Assembly (NCBI GenBank): GCA_029246685.1
Contig: JAQWMR010000013.1
Span: 192,181-256,180 of the forward strand
DNA: 64,000 nucleotides
From: Acidimicrobiales bacterium
GTDB taxonomy: Bacteria > Actinomycetota > Acidimicrobiia > Acidimicrobiales > Aldehydirespiratoraceae
Direction: 5' to 3'
A program made the translations under genes and the position numbers. The notes beneath the pieces are model-generated. The model searched no databases, was not told where the DNA came from, and saw only the letters and a list, made by a program, of their open reading frames with translations. Each line of letters begins with the position of its first letter. The stretch's first letter is position 1. Of the stretch, positions 9,751 to 19,218 are shown one piece after another.

Positions 9751-10840
9751 TGTCGAGAACGGTGCGAATGCCGTCCGCCGCGTGCAGCTTCGCAATGCCC
9801 TCGTTGACGTCGCTCAGATCCATCCGGTGACTGATCATGCCGTCGAGGTCCAGGCGTCCGGCGCGCCAGAGGTCGAGCAGTAGCGGGATGTCGCGATCCG
9901 GCCAGCAGTGGCCGAGCAGGCTTCCGATGAGCCGCTTCTGCATGGTCATGAAGAGGACGGCCGCGTTGATCGTCACGTTCTCGTCGATCGGCGAAGCGCC
10001 GACCATGACCGTGGTACCGCCGACTCGTGTGTTCTCGATGCCGGCCTCGACGACGGCTGCTCGCCCGGCTGCGTCGAACGCGTAGTCCACGCCGGTACCG
10101 CCCGTGGCGTCGGCGACTGCCGCATTCAGGTCGTCGCTCGTGGGGTCCACGAGGTGGGTGGCGCCGAAGCCGGAGGCGACTTCGCGTCGGCCCTCGACCG
10201 GATCGGAGACGATGATCGTGGTTGCACCGGCGGCGACTGCGCCTTGCACGATCGCCTGTCCGATTCCTCCGAGCCCCATCACGAGGACGCTCGACCCGCG
10301 CTCCACGTCTGCACTGTTGAACACTGCGCCCACGCCGGTCTGCATCGCGCAACCGATTACACACGCGATGTCGAGCGGAATGTCGGGTGCGATCTTCACC
10401 GCACCGCTGGCGGAGATGACCGTTTGCTCGGCCCAGCCACCGACACCGAGGCCGCGATAGACGGGCGCCCCTGCCCGGTGGAACGGTGTCGAGCCGTCGG
10501 GGCGTGCGTTCATCGAGAACGAGAGTGCGCCAGGGCACGCGGTCGCCTCATGGCGCGCACAGGCCGGGCAATGCCCACACGGGGCGAGCGGCGTGAGCAT
10601 GACGTGATCGCCGATGCTGAGGTGTGTGACGCCGGGGCCGACTGCCTCGACGACGCCCGCAGCCTCGTGACCGAGGACGGTGGGCAGCGTGTGGCCGCTC
10701 TCCTGGATTGTGATGTCGGAGTGGCAGATGCCGCAATGGGTGACGCCGACGAGCACTTCGCCGACGCGGGGCTCTTCGATCTCCAGATCATCCACGATCT
10801 CGAGCGGTCCGTTGGCCTGAGTGAGAAGTGCTGCTCGCAT
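9740..10840 (-). CDS. Zinc-dependent alcohol dehydrogenase family (mycothiol/NDMA-dependent-like)
   Basis: GHEAAGVVEAVGPGV catalytic-zinc motif, a structural-zinc Cys cluster (CGHCPACARHEATAC) and a GLGGIG Rossmann motif. Confidence 0.9.
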   Translation of the reverse strand: MRAALLTQANGPLEIVDDLEIEEPRVGEVLVGVTHCGICHSDITIQESGHTLPTVLGHEAAGVVEAVGPGVTHLSIGDHVMLTPLAPCGHCPACARHEATACPGALSFSMNARPDGSTPFHRAGAPVYRGLGVGGWAEQTVISASGAVKIAPDIPLDIACVIGCAMQTGVGAVFNSADVERGSSVLVMGLGGIGQAIVQGAVAAGATTIIVSDPVEGRREVASGFGATHLVDPTSDDLNAAVADATGGTGVDYAFDAAGRAAVVEAGIENTRVGGTTVMVGASPIDENVTINAAVLFMTMQKRLIGSLLGHCWPDRDIPLLLDLWRAGRLDLDGMISHRMDLSDVNEGIAKLHAADGIRTVLDISA

Positions 10841-10850
10841 CGGAGCGACG

Positions 10851-11339
10851 CTACTGCGGGTAGCTCGCGTCGTCAGGTCCGGCCCGTCCCCGAAGAAGGG
10901 TGTCGGGCACCGCCCACCACTCCCCTTCCCGGTCGACTCGAGACCAATCGGTCACGGCGGTTCGCGACGCGATCCGCCAGCCGGCGCCACGGTCCTCGAA
11001 CCGATCGAGATACCGGAACCCGGTCACGAGGTTCCGGTGGTCGGGACCGCCGGCGGTGCGGTGGGAGGCAACGCCATAGGTCTCCACCGCCGCGTGGTGT
11101 TCGTCCGTGAAGTCGATGACGCTCTGCCCGAGTATGTGAAACGTGCTGTCGTAGCCGTCGAGAAGTCCGAAACACCAGTCCAGGAACGGCGCCAGGTCCC
11201 GGGCGCCGGTGCCGTGGTCATCGGTGGCGTCCGGGTGAAAGCATTGCTCGACCAGCGCTCGATCGCGACGATCGACGCCTCGGCAGTAGTGGGCGAGAAC
11301 CGCATGGATCGCCTCACGGGGCGTGGGCGCGACGGTCAC
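10851..11339 (-). CDS. SnoaL-like / NTF2-fold protein
   Basis: N-terminal IHAVLAHYCRGVDRRD and the overall 160-aa pattern fit the SnoaL_4 family. The start overlaps the stop of the upstream kinase gene by 4 nt. Confidence 0.65.
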   Translation of the reverse strand: MTVAPTPREAIHAVLAHYCRGVDRRDRALVEQCFHPDATDDHGTGARDLAPFLDWCFGLLDGYDSTFHILGQSVIDFTDEHHAAVETYGVASHRTAGGPDHRNLVTGFRYLDRFEDRGAGWRIASRTAVTDWSRVDREGEWWAVPDTLLRGRAGPDDASYPQ

Positions 11340-12193
11340 GATCCACCCGAGGTGGGGCCGAAGTTGTGGAGGACCCGGGCCGCGACGCGGTGGCCGGCGT
11401 GTACGGCCGCGATCGCATCGGCGTCGCGGCTTCGTGACGCGAGAAAGCCAGCGGTGAACCCATCGCCGACACCGGTGCGGTCCACGACGTCCTCGAGTGG
11501 CGGCACCTCGACTGAGCTGACCTCGGACCCTTCAGCGACCATCGTCGGCTTGCGGCCATTGGTCACGACCGTCACCCCCGCGCCATCGAGTCCATCGCGT
11601 GGGCGAAGACCCAGGGCCGTGTGCTCGTCTCGATTGAGCACGACGTGGGCCGGCTGCAGTGTTCGGCAGAGCTCGAGGAACGGCTGAGCGCCCAGAGACT
11701 CGAGCTCGCTCGTGGTCGGCCCGCCGATCGTGACCGCCACTCGCCGGTCCGTCGCCTCGCCGAGGAGTGCGTCCACGGCGGTGGCCAGCGGGTCGTCGGT
11801 GACAGCCGTCGCCGCGATGAACAGTTGCTCCACATCATCGAGACAGCTGCCATCCAGACGACTTAGGCGACGCGCCGCGCCGCGATCCACCAGGCGGCTT
11901 CGACCGCCGCTCCCGATCATGGTGACGATCACGCCAGTACCTCCCGCCTGCGTCGCAGCCAGGTCGACGCCGCGTCGTTCGAGGTCCGCGAGAAGCGTTT
12001 GCCCGACGTGGTCGTCGCCCACCTGGCCGACGAAGCGAGTCGGTCGTCCCTGCTCAGCATGGATCGCCGCGACGTTGGCAGCAGCCCCACCTCGGACGCG
12101 GGCGGCTCGCACCGTACGGTCCCCACCTCGCACCGGATCGGCGCGCAGATAGACCAGCACTTCCTCGACCAGATCGCCCACACAAACGAGCAC
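11336..12193 (-). CDS. PfkB-family carbohydrate/ribokinase-like kinase
   Basis: C-terminal DRTGVGDGFTAGFL (PfkB signature 2) and N-terminal GGAAANVA. Confidence 0.8.
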   Translation of the reverse strand: MLVCVGDLVEEVLVYLRADPVRGGDRTVRAARVRGGAAANVAAIHAEQGRPTRFVGQVGDDHVGQTLLADLERRGVDLAATQAGGTGVIVTMIGSGGRSRLVDRGAARRLSRLDGSCLDDVEQLFIAATAVTDDPLATAVDALLGEATDRRVAVTIGGPTTSELESLGAQPFLELCRTLQPAHVVLNRDEHTALGLRPRDGLDGAGVTVVTNGRKPTMVAEGSEVSSVEVPPLEDVVDRTGVGDGFTAGFLASRSRDADAIAAVHAGHRVAARVLHNFGPTSGGS

Positions 12194-12249
12194 GGACGAA
12201 ACCTAGTGTCGGTTCAGCGCTCGCTCCCAGGATGGACGGGCATCGTCAC

Positions 12250-12780
12250 CTAGACGGAGCGGTCGGTCATCGCTGCGATTGGTGACGGCATGCCGGCCAC
12301 CGGCGTGTGGCCGCGCACATCGATCGTCTCGACCACACGGGCCAGGTCGTCCGCCGCCGCACGAAGCGCATCGGCGCGATGGTCGAGCCGTGCTTCCACT
12401 TCTGCGAGCTCGCGTTGACGCTCCGCTGTGAGTCGACCCATTTCCTCGTAGCGCTCCCTGCTCTCCTGGGCCAAGCGCTCTGCTTCGGTGTTCGCCGCGG
12501 CGCGAATGTGGGCAGCCTCGGCGTGAGACTGGGCGATGATCGTGTCAGCTCGCTCGTGTGCGTCTTGGAGGGCTTCGTCGATAGATCGGCGGGTGGCCTT
12601 CAGGACGAGATCGAGCGATTCGCCCGGCTCACCCTCGATTCGCTCGAGATGGATCTGCACCTGCGTCTTGATAAAGGCGAGGTGATGGTCAACCGACGCG
12701 GGGTCATACCCCCGACGAACCCGCTTGAACTCACGAACGAACGTCGTGACGTCCAGCGCGCTCCTCTGCCCTGCGGCCAC
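12250..12780 (-). CDS. DivIVA-domain protein
   Basis: FKRVRRGYDPASVDHHL is the DivIVA N-terminal motif, followed by coiled-coil sequence. I prefer GTG 12780 (preceded by GGGAGGG) over the ORF-track start 12855. Confidence 0.7.
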   Translation of the reverse strand: MAAGQRSALDVTTFVREFKRVRRGYDPASVDHHLAFIKTQVQIHLERIEGEPGESLDLVLKATRRSIDEALQDAHERADTIIAQSHAEAAHIRAAANTEAERLAQESRERYEEMGRLTAERQRELAEVEARLDHRADALRAAADDLARVVETIDVRGHTPVAGMPSPIAAMTDRSV

Positions 12781-12867
12781 ACCCCAATCCCTCCCTTGGT
12801 GGTGATCTGCGCAAGCGTTCACCACTGCGCGTCGATGTGGCGAAGCAGCGTGCACCTAGCCGGAAAA

Positions 12868-14040
12868 TCAGGCCGGAAGGAAAAGTTGCGGATCCTTGGG
12901 GACGCCGTCCACCCGGGTCTCGAAGTGGAGGTGGGGGCCGGTGCTCCAGCCCGTCGATCCGACGAGGCCGACGACCTCGGCCTGATCGACCCATTCACCC
13001 TCGCTCGTGTTGATCTGGCTCATGTGGGCGTAGAGCGTGGCGACGTTGCCCTCGTGCTGGACAATCACAGCGTTGCCGTAGCCGCCCTTCCACCCGGCGA
13101 AAATGACGCGGCCCTCCTTGGCCGCCCAGATCGCCTGGCCGGTGGGCGCGCCGATGTCGACACCGGAGTGCATACGCGTGGTGCCGAAGATCGGATGGAC
13201 GCGGGGTCCAAACTTGGACCCGACGGAGCCGTTGGTGGGCATGACGAAGCCCTCGACCGATGCGGCGCCAGGGTCTCCGGGAGCGAAGCCGAGTTCCTCC
13301 GCCTGCTTCTCCTTGATCAGCGCGGTGAACTCCTCGGCCTCTCGGGCGCGCTGCTCGGCTTCGAACTGCCAGTCGTCGATACGGCCGCGGAGTTCTGCCT
13401 GGATGCGAGCTTGGGTCTTGCGCCGCTCCTCGAGCTCGGCGAGTTCGCCTTCCAACGCGACGCGGAGCTCGTCGGACTCAGCTCGGGCTGTCTCGCCGGC
13501 CCGGAGGTGCTCCTCGCGCTCCGCCTCTGCCGTTCGAAGGTCGTCGAGAAGGTCCCGGTCACTGCCGGCCGCGAAGTCGAGCAGGCTGAGCCGAATCGCG
13601 GTCTGGTTCAGGTCGGTGGATGTCAGCCACGGCTCGAACTCTCGGTTGGTGCCCACGAATGCGTCGACCGCACGCTGTTGAATCTCGAGCTCGGTGAGTA
13701 CGATCGCGTCCGAAGCATCGGCGGCGGCCTTCTCTCTGGTCTCTACTTCGGCCACCGCTGCGTCGAACTGCTGCTGGGCGGCTGCGACCTGAGCGGACTG
13801 ATTGTCGACGGCGGTCTGGATCAGCGTGACGATCTCCGCGATTCGCTCATCTTCGAGCTCGAGAACCTCGAGCTCCACGAGCGCATCTGCCTCTGCGTCT
13901 CGGGCTTCTTCGCGCTTCTCGCGGATGTCGCCGATCGAGTCGTCGTCCTGTGCGGCCACGGGGCCAGCGACGGCGACCGCCAAGGCGATCGCCGCAATGA
14001 CGTAACGGTGAGGAGAACGAATGCTGCGTGCGAACGACAT
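12868..14040 (-). CDS. Secreted M23-family peptidoglycan metalloendopeptidase with N-terminal coiled coil
   Basis: Signal peptide, a long Glu/Ala-rich coiled coil, and the C-terminal M23 motifs HSGVDIGAPTG ... GSTGWSTGPHLHFE. Confidence 0.9.
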   Translation of the reverse strand: MSFARSIRSPHRYVIAAIALAVAVAGPVAAQDDDSIGDIREKREEARDAEADALVELEVLELEDERIAEIVTLIQTAVDNQSAQVAAAQQQFDAAVAEVETREKAAADASDAIVLTELEIQQRAVDAFVGTNREFEPWLTSTDLNQTAIRLSLLDFAAGSDRDLLDDLRTAEAEREEHLRAGETARAESDELRVALEGELAELEERRKTQARIQAELRGRIDDWQFEAEQRAREAEEFTALIKEKQAEELGFAPGDPGAASVEGFVMPTNGSVGSKFGPRVHPIFGTTRMHSGVDIGAPTGQAIWAAKEGRVIFAGWKGGYGNAVIVQHEGNVATLYAHMSQINTSEGEWVDQAEVVGLVGSTGWSTGPHLHFETRVDGVPKDPQLFLPA

Positions 14041-14079
14041 GGTGGAACAGGAATCGGGTTCCCGCCCGGAACCGCAAAA

Positions 14080-14107
14080 ATTATGGTAGCGGCCCGATAC
14101 CCGTCAT
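14080..14107 (-). promoter_or_regulatory. Candidate sigma-70-type promoter for the M23 peptidase gene
   Basis: On the minus strand: ATGACG (14102-14107), a 16-nt spacer, then CATAAT (14080-14085). It sits in a conspicuously AT-rich patch about 40 nt upstream of ATG 14040. Confidence 0.35.
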
Positions 14108-14140
14108 CCGTGGCATCGGGAGGGCGCAGTGCTGCTGCCG

Positions 14141-14662
14141 TCAGATCGCGTAGACGCCGTCCAGCACGACAAGCGTGGCGATCAGCGCACCGGCAGCGCC
14201 GCCGACGGCGACAAGAAGGCGCCGGCCCAGACCCGCTGAGGCTGCGAGCGCCGTGAGCACGAGGGCAGGGAGCGTCGACGCGACGAGCACCGCCACACCG
14301 CGGTTTGAGGCCCCTGCGATCGCGAGCATCGCGACCCCGGGGGCGAACATCACCGGGAACGCAAGCGGAACGATGCCGGCGCGCCAGCCCGGGAGCGACG
14401 GCTCCGGATCCGGAGAGACGAAGAGATCTCGGACGGCGCTTGCGAGCATCGCGATGCCGGCCGCGATGCGAGCTGAGGCACCGGTCACGCCGACCGCGGA
14501 GAGCAGCGGTTCTGACAGGGCGCCGGCGATCACCACCAGCACGAGGACGGCCAGGCCAGCCACGCCGATCGCTCGACGGGGGTCGGCTTCCGGCGCCGCG
14601 TCCGCAGCCCGGAACGGGTTGATCGCGACGATCATGCCGAGAACAAGAAGCGTTGCGGTCAT
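14141..14662 (-). CDS. MarC-family (UPF0056) integral membrane protein
   Basis: Small polytopic protein with AINPF near the N-terminus and IVPLAFPVMFAPGVAMLAI, resembling MarC motifs. ATGA overlap with the upstream gene. Confidence 0.5.
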   Translation of the reverse strand: MTATLLVLGMIVAINPFRAADAAPEADPRRAIGVAGLAVLVLVVIAGALSEPLLSAVGVTGASARIAAGIAMLASAVRDLFVSPDPEPSLPGWRAGIVPLAFPVMFAPGVAMLAIAGASNRGVAVLVASTLPALVLTALAASAGLGRRLLVAVGGAAGALIATLVVLDGVYAI

Positions 14663-15849
14663 GCGGAATCCTCTAGGGTGTCGAGCAGGGCACGGACCTG
14701 CTGTAGGAGCAGGAGCGCGCTCAAGGCGTGCTGCTGGTCGTCCATCTGCGTGTCACCGAGACGGAACCATGCGCCGAGGGTCCGATCCGGGTCGGCGTCT
14801 GATCTGGCGTCGATGGCGTCGATCTGGCGGGTGACGAGGAGGTGGGCTGCGCAGTCGGCCCGCTCGACGAGCACGTCGAGGTGCTCACTCAGGTCGCCGT
14901 CGTCGAGCGCGTGGAGGAGGTGGTTGCCGAGCCCCTCGCCGAGCGTGCCGACGCCCGCCGCGAGCGCGATCGAACCACGGGTGAAATGAGTGATGCCTCC
15001 CACGCGCTGCGACTCGTAACGCACCTGCAGGCTGAAGAGCCCGAGCTGGCGACGTCGCCACTCACGAGCGGCATCGGTCATCTGCGGCGGTGTCGGCCAG
15101 CGGTCCATCGTCTCGAACGCGTAGGCCCCCCAGTGGTCCGAGACGGGAGGCCATGGCGTCTCCACTTCATCTCGGTGATGGATCAGATACTGCCGGATCC
15201 GAAGCGCGGGCTCGTCGAAGCCCTGGTCGGGAAAGCTGATGTGGAGTCGAGCGAGTGCCCACAGAACCTCGCCCGTGAAGAACGGCGAGCGCCGGTCGTT
15301 CGGCCCGTTCGTGATGTGGATTCCTGCGCTCACACTGCCGTCCGCGTTGACGGCCGCCGTGAGCGTGCGCCCGAACGCCACAAGGAGATCGTCCTGGTCA
15401 GTGAGCCCTGTCGTGATTCGGCGCTCATCGAGCGCCGCCACAAGCAGGCCGACCGTGCCGGTTCCGAGGGTTGAACCGGTTCCCATTGCCGGGCCGACCA
15501 CCGTGTCCTTGAGCAATCGTTCGACTCGGGCGAATCCGGCTTCCGCTACTTCCCCGGCTCCCTCTACCCCGGCCCGCTCGGCCTGCCAGAGCGACCAGAG
15601 CACGCCAGCGTGGCGGGTGTCGTTGTAGCCGCCTTCGTCCACGGCGCGATCACGGTCGTACCGATAGACAAAGTCGCCGTTCGGATCGATGTTGTTCGCG
15701 AACCAGTCGACGGCGAGCTGCGCGGAGGTCGCCAGCTCGTCATCGATCGGGCGGCCACAACGTTCCGGATGCACGGTGAGCGCGGTGAGTCCGATCACGA
15801 GCACCCACGCGACGAGCGCACGGGTCAGACGAGGAGCGATACCGGCCAC
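14659..15849 (-). CDS. Hypothetical exported/membrane-anchored protein
   Basis: N-terminal hydrophobic anchor (LVAWVLVIGLTALTV) and a coding-like composition along 396 aa. I recognise no family with confidence. Confidence 0.5.
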   Translation of the reverse strand: MAGIAPRLTRALVAWVLVIGLTALTVHPERCGRPIDDELATSAQLAVDWFANNIDPNGDFVYRYDRDRAVDEGGYNDTRHAGVLWSLWQAERAGVEGAGEVAEAGFARVERLLKDTVVGPAMGTGSTLGTGTVGLLVAALDERRITTGLTDQDDLLVAFGRTLTAAVNADGSVSAGIHITNGPNDRRSPFFTGEVLWALARLHISFPDQGFDEPALRIRQYLIHHRDEVETPWPPVSDHWGAYAFETMDRWPTPPQMTDAAREWRRRQLGLFSLQVRYESQRVGGITHFTRGSIALAAGVGTLGEGLGNHLLHALDDGDLSEHLDVLVERADCAAHLLVTRQIDAIDARSDADPDRTLGAWFRLGDTQMDDQQHALSALLLLQQVRALLDTLEDSA

Positions 15850-15883
15850 GCGCGCAACCTAGCGCTAGACGTAGCATGCGCTC

Positions 15884-16297
15884 GTGTCTGGACGGAGCCG
15901 GGTCGTCGCAGCAGTCGTGGCAACGGCCGTCGTCCTCTCACCGCTGCTGCGCGAGCCGGCCAGCGACACCTATCCACTCTCGACTTACCCGATGTTCGCC
16001 TCGGACCGCGGGGCGGATCATCGAATCGCGACTGCGGTCGAGCGCCTGCCCGCCGGGACTGTGGACCGTCTGTCGCCGGACCTGATCGCCGGGACCGACG
16101 AAGTGATCCTCGCCGCCGTCACGGTCCAGCGGTCGATCGCGCGCAGCGAAGCCGACGAGCTGTGTGCCGAGATCGCAGCTCGTCTCGGAGCCGGTCGCGC
16201 GGTCGAAGTCCGCGTCGAAACCGTCGACGTCGTCGCGCTCATCGCCGACGACGCCGACCCGACGGCGATCCATGTGGAGGCCACCTGTGTTGGCTGA
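15884..16297 (+). CDS. Hypothetical small exported protein
   Basis: GTG start and a signal-like N-terminus (RVVAAVVATAVVLSPLL). It lies immediately upstream of the HTTM gene and overlaps it. Confidence 0.45.
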   Translation: MSGRSRVVAAVVATAVVLSPLLREPASDTYPLSTYPMFASDRGADHRIATAVERLPAGTVDRLSPDLIAGTDEVILAAVTVQRSIARSEADELCAEIAARLGAGRAVEVRVETVDVVALIADDADPTAIHVEATCVG

Positions 16298-17162
16298 CCC
16301 CCGCCTCGCGGACCCGATGGTGATCGACCGCCGACTAACGGTATTGCGTGTGCTCGTCGCGGCGTACGCTGCCGTGTGGTCGGCCGTACGCGCGCCCGCG
16401 CTGCTCGACGCCTTGGACTTCGCGGACCGCAGATTCGATCCGGTCGGTCCCCTGGCGTGGCTCAACTCGCCCCTGCCCGACGGCCTGTTTGTCCTCGCGG
16501 TCGTCGTCACGCCAGTTGCCGCGCTCGCGATGGCGATCGGTTGGCGGCTTCGGTTGACGGCGCCGGTGGCTGCGGCGTCCTTCATGTTCGTCACCACGTA
16601 TCGGAACAGCTGGGGTCAGCTCTTTCACACGGAGAACCTCGTCGCGCTGCACCTAGTCGTCCTGGCGATCGCGCTGAGCGTGCGAGGGCGTGACCGGCGC
16701 TGGGCCATCGACGCGATGGCGGTGCTGACCGTCGGGACGTACCTCGTCGCCGGGATCGCGAAGTTGCGGATCAGCGGCACCGCGTGGCTCGACGGCGATG
16801 TGTTGCGTCACCAGATCGCCTTCGACAACGCACGCAAGGAGCTGCTGGGAGACGTGTCGTCGCCGTTCGCCGGCTGGCTCCTGCGCCAAGGCTGGCTGCT
16901 CGGCCCCGCGGCCGTGATGTCGATGGTCGTCGAGTTGCTCGCTCCCCTCGCGCTGCTGCGGGCCCGGTTTGCCGTGGCCTGGAGCACCCTCGCGCTCGGC
17001 TTCCACATCGCGATTCTCGTGTTCATGGCGATCCTGTTTCCGTATCACCTGCTCGGCATTGCGCTGGCGCCGTTGCTTCCGGTTGAGCGACTCGGAGCTA
17101 CGGTCGCGCCATGGCTGCGACGATTCCGACTGGGCTCGACGACATCACTCCGGACTGGCTGA
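16287..17162 (+). CDS. HTTM-domain (vitamin-K-dependent gamma-carboxylase-like) integral membrane protein
   Basis: ORF 16164..17162 trimmed to GTG 16287. Polytopic protein with an HTTM-like pattern (LTVLRVLVAAY, YRNSWGQ, HTENLVALHL, YLVAGIAKLRISGTAWLDG). Confidence 0.6.
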   Translation: MLADPRLADPMVIDRRLTVLRVLVAAYAAVWSAVRAPALLDALDFADRRFDPVGPLAWLNSPLPDGLFVLAVVVTPVAALAMAIGWRLRLTAPVAAASFMFVTTYRNSWGQLFHTENLVALHLVVLAIALSVRGRDRRWAIDAMAVLTVGTYLVAGIAKLRISGTAWLDGDVLRHQIAFDNARKELLGDVSSPFAGWLLRQGWLLGPAAVMSMVVELLAPLALLRARFAVAWSTLALGFHIAILVFMAILFPYHLLGIALAPLLPVERLGATVAPWLRRFRLGSTTSLRTG

Positions 17163-18280
17163 GCGCGGCACTGCGCTCGTCAGGCGTGCTTGGTGACGAT
17201 TCGACGATCGCGACGGTGGAGTCGAAAGTGCTGGGAACCGGCGAGGGGTTCGCCGGCGATCTGGCCCGCCTGACGGTCACGTACGCGAGCGGGTCCGGCC
17301 CGAACACGATGGTCGCAAAAGTGCCGACGTCGATCGACGACAACCGCAATGGATCCGAGATGCTCGGTGTGTACGAGCGCGAGATCGGGATGTATCGGGA
17401 GTACCTACCGAACCTCGACCTGCCTTTACCGCAGCTCTACTACGCCGACGTCGATCCCAACCCGAACTGGGACAAACAGATCGACGGCGTCAAGAAGGCC
17501 GAGCGCCTGCCGGTCTGGCTCCTGCGGTTCCTCTCGTGGCTCCTTCGCCGCTTCGTGAAGGCCGAATCGCGCTCCAGTGTCCTCATTCTCGAGGATCTCG
17601 CTCCGGCGGAGATCGGCGATCAGGTCACGGGAACCAGCCTCGAACGCATCGGTGCGGTGCTCGACGTGTCCGCTCGACTCCACGCGTCCACATGGGGGGA
17701 CGCGGCTCCACAGCCGAAGGGCTGGATGCAGTCCGGCGGGATCGCTCCGAAGCTCTCGCAGGCAACCTTCCTCGGCGTTCGCAGGGCGTTCCTCAAGGGC
17801 GCTGGTCGCAACGTCAGTGACCACACACGCCAGCTGCTCGGACGTCTACAGAAGGACGGGATCAAGCGCGGCCGTCGCATGCACGAGTCTCTGCCCCAGT
17901 GCTTGATCCACGGCGACCTCCGCCTCGACAACATCTTCTTTCAGGACGACGAGGTGCGGGCGCTGATCGATTGGCAGCTGTCGCGCCGCGGCCCAGCCGC
18001 GATCGATGTGGCGTATTTCATCGCCGGCAGCGTGGAGCCTGACGTCTCGGAGACCGAGGTGGAAGGCCTGTTGCGCCGGTACCACGACGCCCTCGTCGCC
18101 AACGGTGTCGCCGACTACCCGTTCGACCGGTTCATGGCCGATTACGACGACGGACTGCTCGCCACACTCGGCGGCGTCACCCTCGTGGAGCAGCTCGACA
18201 TGGGCGACGATCGCGGACTGAAGCTCGTCGACGCGATGGTGTCGCGACTGGATGCCCGGCTCGCTCGGGTGCCGGCCTGA
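17111..18280 (+). CDS. Phosphotransferase-family (APH/CHK-like) kinase
   Basis: Brenner and metal-binding motifs CLIHGDLRLDNIFF ... LIDWQ. The N-terminal ITPDWLSAAL is typical of the family. Confidence 0.75.
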   Translation: MAATIPTGLDDITPDWLSAALRSSGVLGDDSTIATVESKVLGTGEGFAGDLARLTVTYASGSGPNTMVAKVPTSIDDNRNGSEMLGVYEREIGMYREYLPNLDLPLPQLYYADVDPNPNWDKQIDGVKKAERLPVWLLRFLSWLLRRFVKAESRSSVLILEDLAPAEIGDQVTGTSLERIGAVLDVSARLHASTWGDAAPQPKGWMQSGGIAPKLSQATFLGVRRAFLKGAGRNVSDHTRQLLGRLQKDGIKRGRRMHESLPQCLIHGDLRLDNIFFQDDEVRALIDWQLSRRGPAAIDVAYFIAGSVEPDVSETEVEGLLRRYHDALVANGVADYPFDRFMADYDDGLLATLGGVTLVEQLDMGDDRGLKLVDAMVSRLDARLARVPA

Positions 18281-18315
18281 TGGCGCTAACGTTCGCGGGC
18301 CCGGGGAGGTAACTG

Positions 18316-19218
18316 ATGGTTTCCGAGATCTTCGATGCGAGTCGGTGGCGCGATGTCGTCGGCTTCGATGACCTGACTGACATCACCTACCACCGTGCCC
18401 TGGACCAGGGCACCGTGCGCATCGCCTTCGACCGGCCCGAGGTGAGGAACGCCTTCCGGCCCCACACCGTGGACGAGCTCTACCGCTGTCTGGATCACGC
18501 GCGGATGACCAGCGATGTCGGCTGCGTCCTCATCACCGGCAACGGGCCGTCGCCCAAGGACGGCGGCTGGGCGTTCTGCTCGGGCGGCGACCAGCGCATC
18601 CGCGGCAGGGCCGGCTATCAGTACGCAGAAGGCGACACCGCCGACACCGTGGATCCCGCTAAGGCCGCCCGCCTCCACATCCTCGAGGTGCAGCGCCTCA
18701 TCCGCACGATGCCGAAGGTGGTCATCGCCGTCGTGCCGGGATGGGCGGTCGGTGGTGGCCACAGCCTCCACGTGACGTCGGACCTGACACTTGCGAGCGC
18801 CGAGCACGCGATCTTCAAGCAGACCGACACCGACGTCGCCAGCTTCGACGGCGGCTTCGGCTCGGCCTACCTCGCGCGCCAGGTCGGACAGAAGCGAGCC
18901 CGCGAGATCTTCTTCCTCGGCCGCGACTATTCCGCCGAAGAAGCAATGGCGATGGGCATGGTGAACGCGGCGATCCCCCACGCGGAGCTCGAAGCGACCG
19001 CGCTCGAGTGGGGGGCCGAGATCAATTCGAAGAGTCCGACCGGCCAGCGAATGGCGAAGTTCGCGATGAACCTCATCGATGACGGGCTCGTCGGCCAGCA
19101 GGTCTTCGCGGGCGAGGCCACCCGCTTGGCCTACATGACCGACGAAGCCGTGGAAGGGCGAGACGCGTTCCTCGAGAAGCGCCCGCCTGACTGGTCCGAC
19201 TTCCCCTGGTACTTCTAG
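18316..19218 (+). CDS. menB: 1,4-dihydroxy-2-naphthoyl-CoA synthase
   Basis: Crotonase fold with MenB-specific segments (ITYHRA..GTVRIAFDRPEVRNAFRP, GGWAFCSGGDQRIRG, C-terminal PPDWSDFPWYF). Confidence 0.9.
   Translation: MVSEIFDASRWRDVVGFDDLTDITYHRALDQGTVRIAFDRPEVRNAFRPHTVDELYRCLDHARMTSDVGCVLITGNGPSPKDGGWAFCSGGDQRIRGRAGYQYAEGDTADTVDPAKAARLHILEVQRLIRTMPKVVIAVVPGWAVGGGHSLHVTSDLTLASAEHAIFKQTDTDVASFDGGFGSAYLARQVGQKRAREIFFLGRDYSAEEAMAMGMVNAAIPHAELEATALEWGAEINSKSPTGQRMAKFAMNLIDDGLVGQQVFAGEATRLAYMTDEAVEGRDAFLEKRPPDWSDFPWYF

Noticed and set aside
14041-14140. Cyclic-di-AMP (ydaO-type) riboswitch upstream of the M23 cell-wall hydrolase
   Set aside because: The leader available between the likely promoter and the ATG is only about 40 nt. 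I could not find the conserved pseudo-two-fold motif elements, so it is too short for that riboswitch.
12307-14256. 649-aa plus-strand ORF opposite the DivIVA-domain and M23 peptidase genes
   Set aside because: It crosses an intergenic gap and two conserved minus-strand genes. It has no motifs, so it is a shadow ORF.
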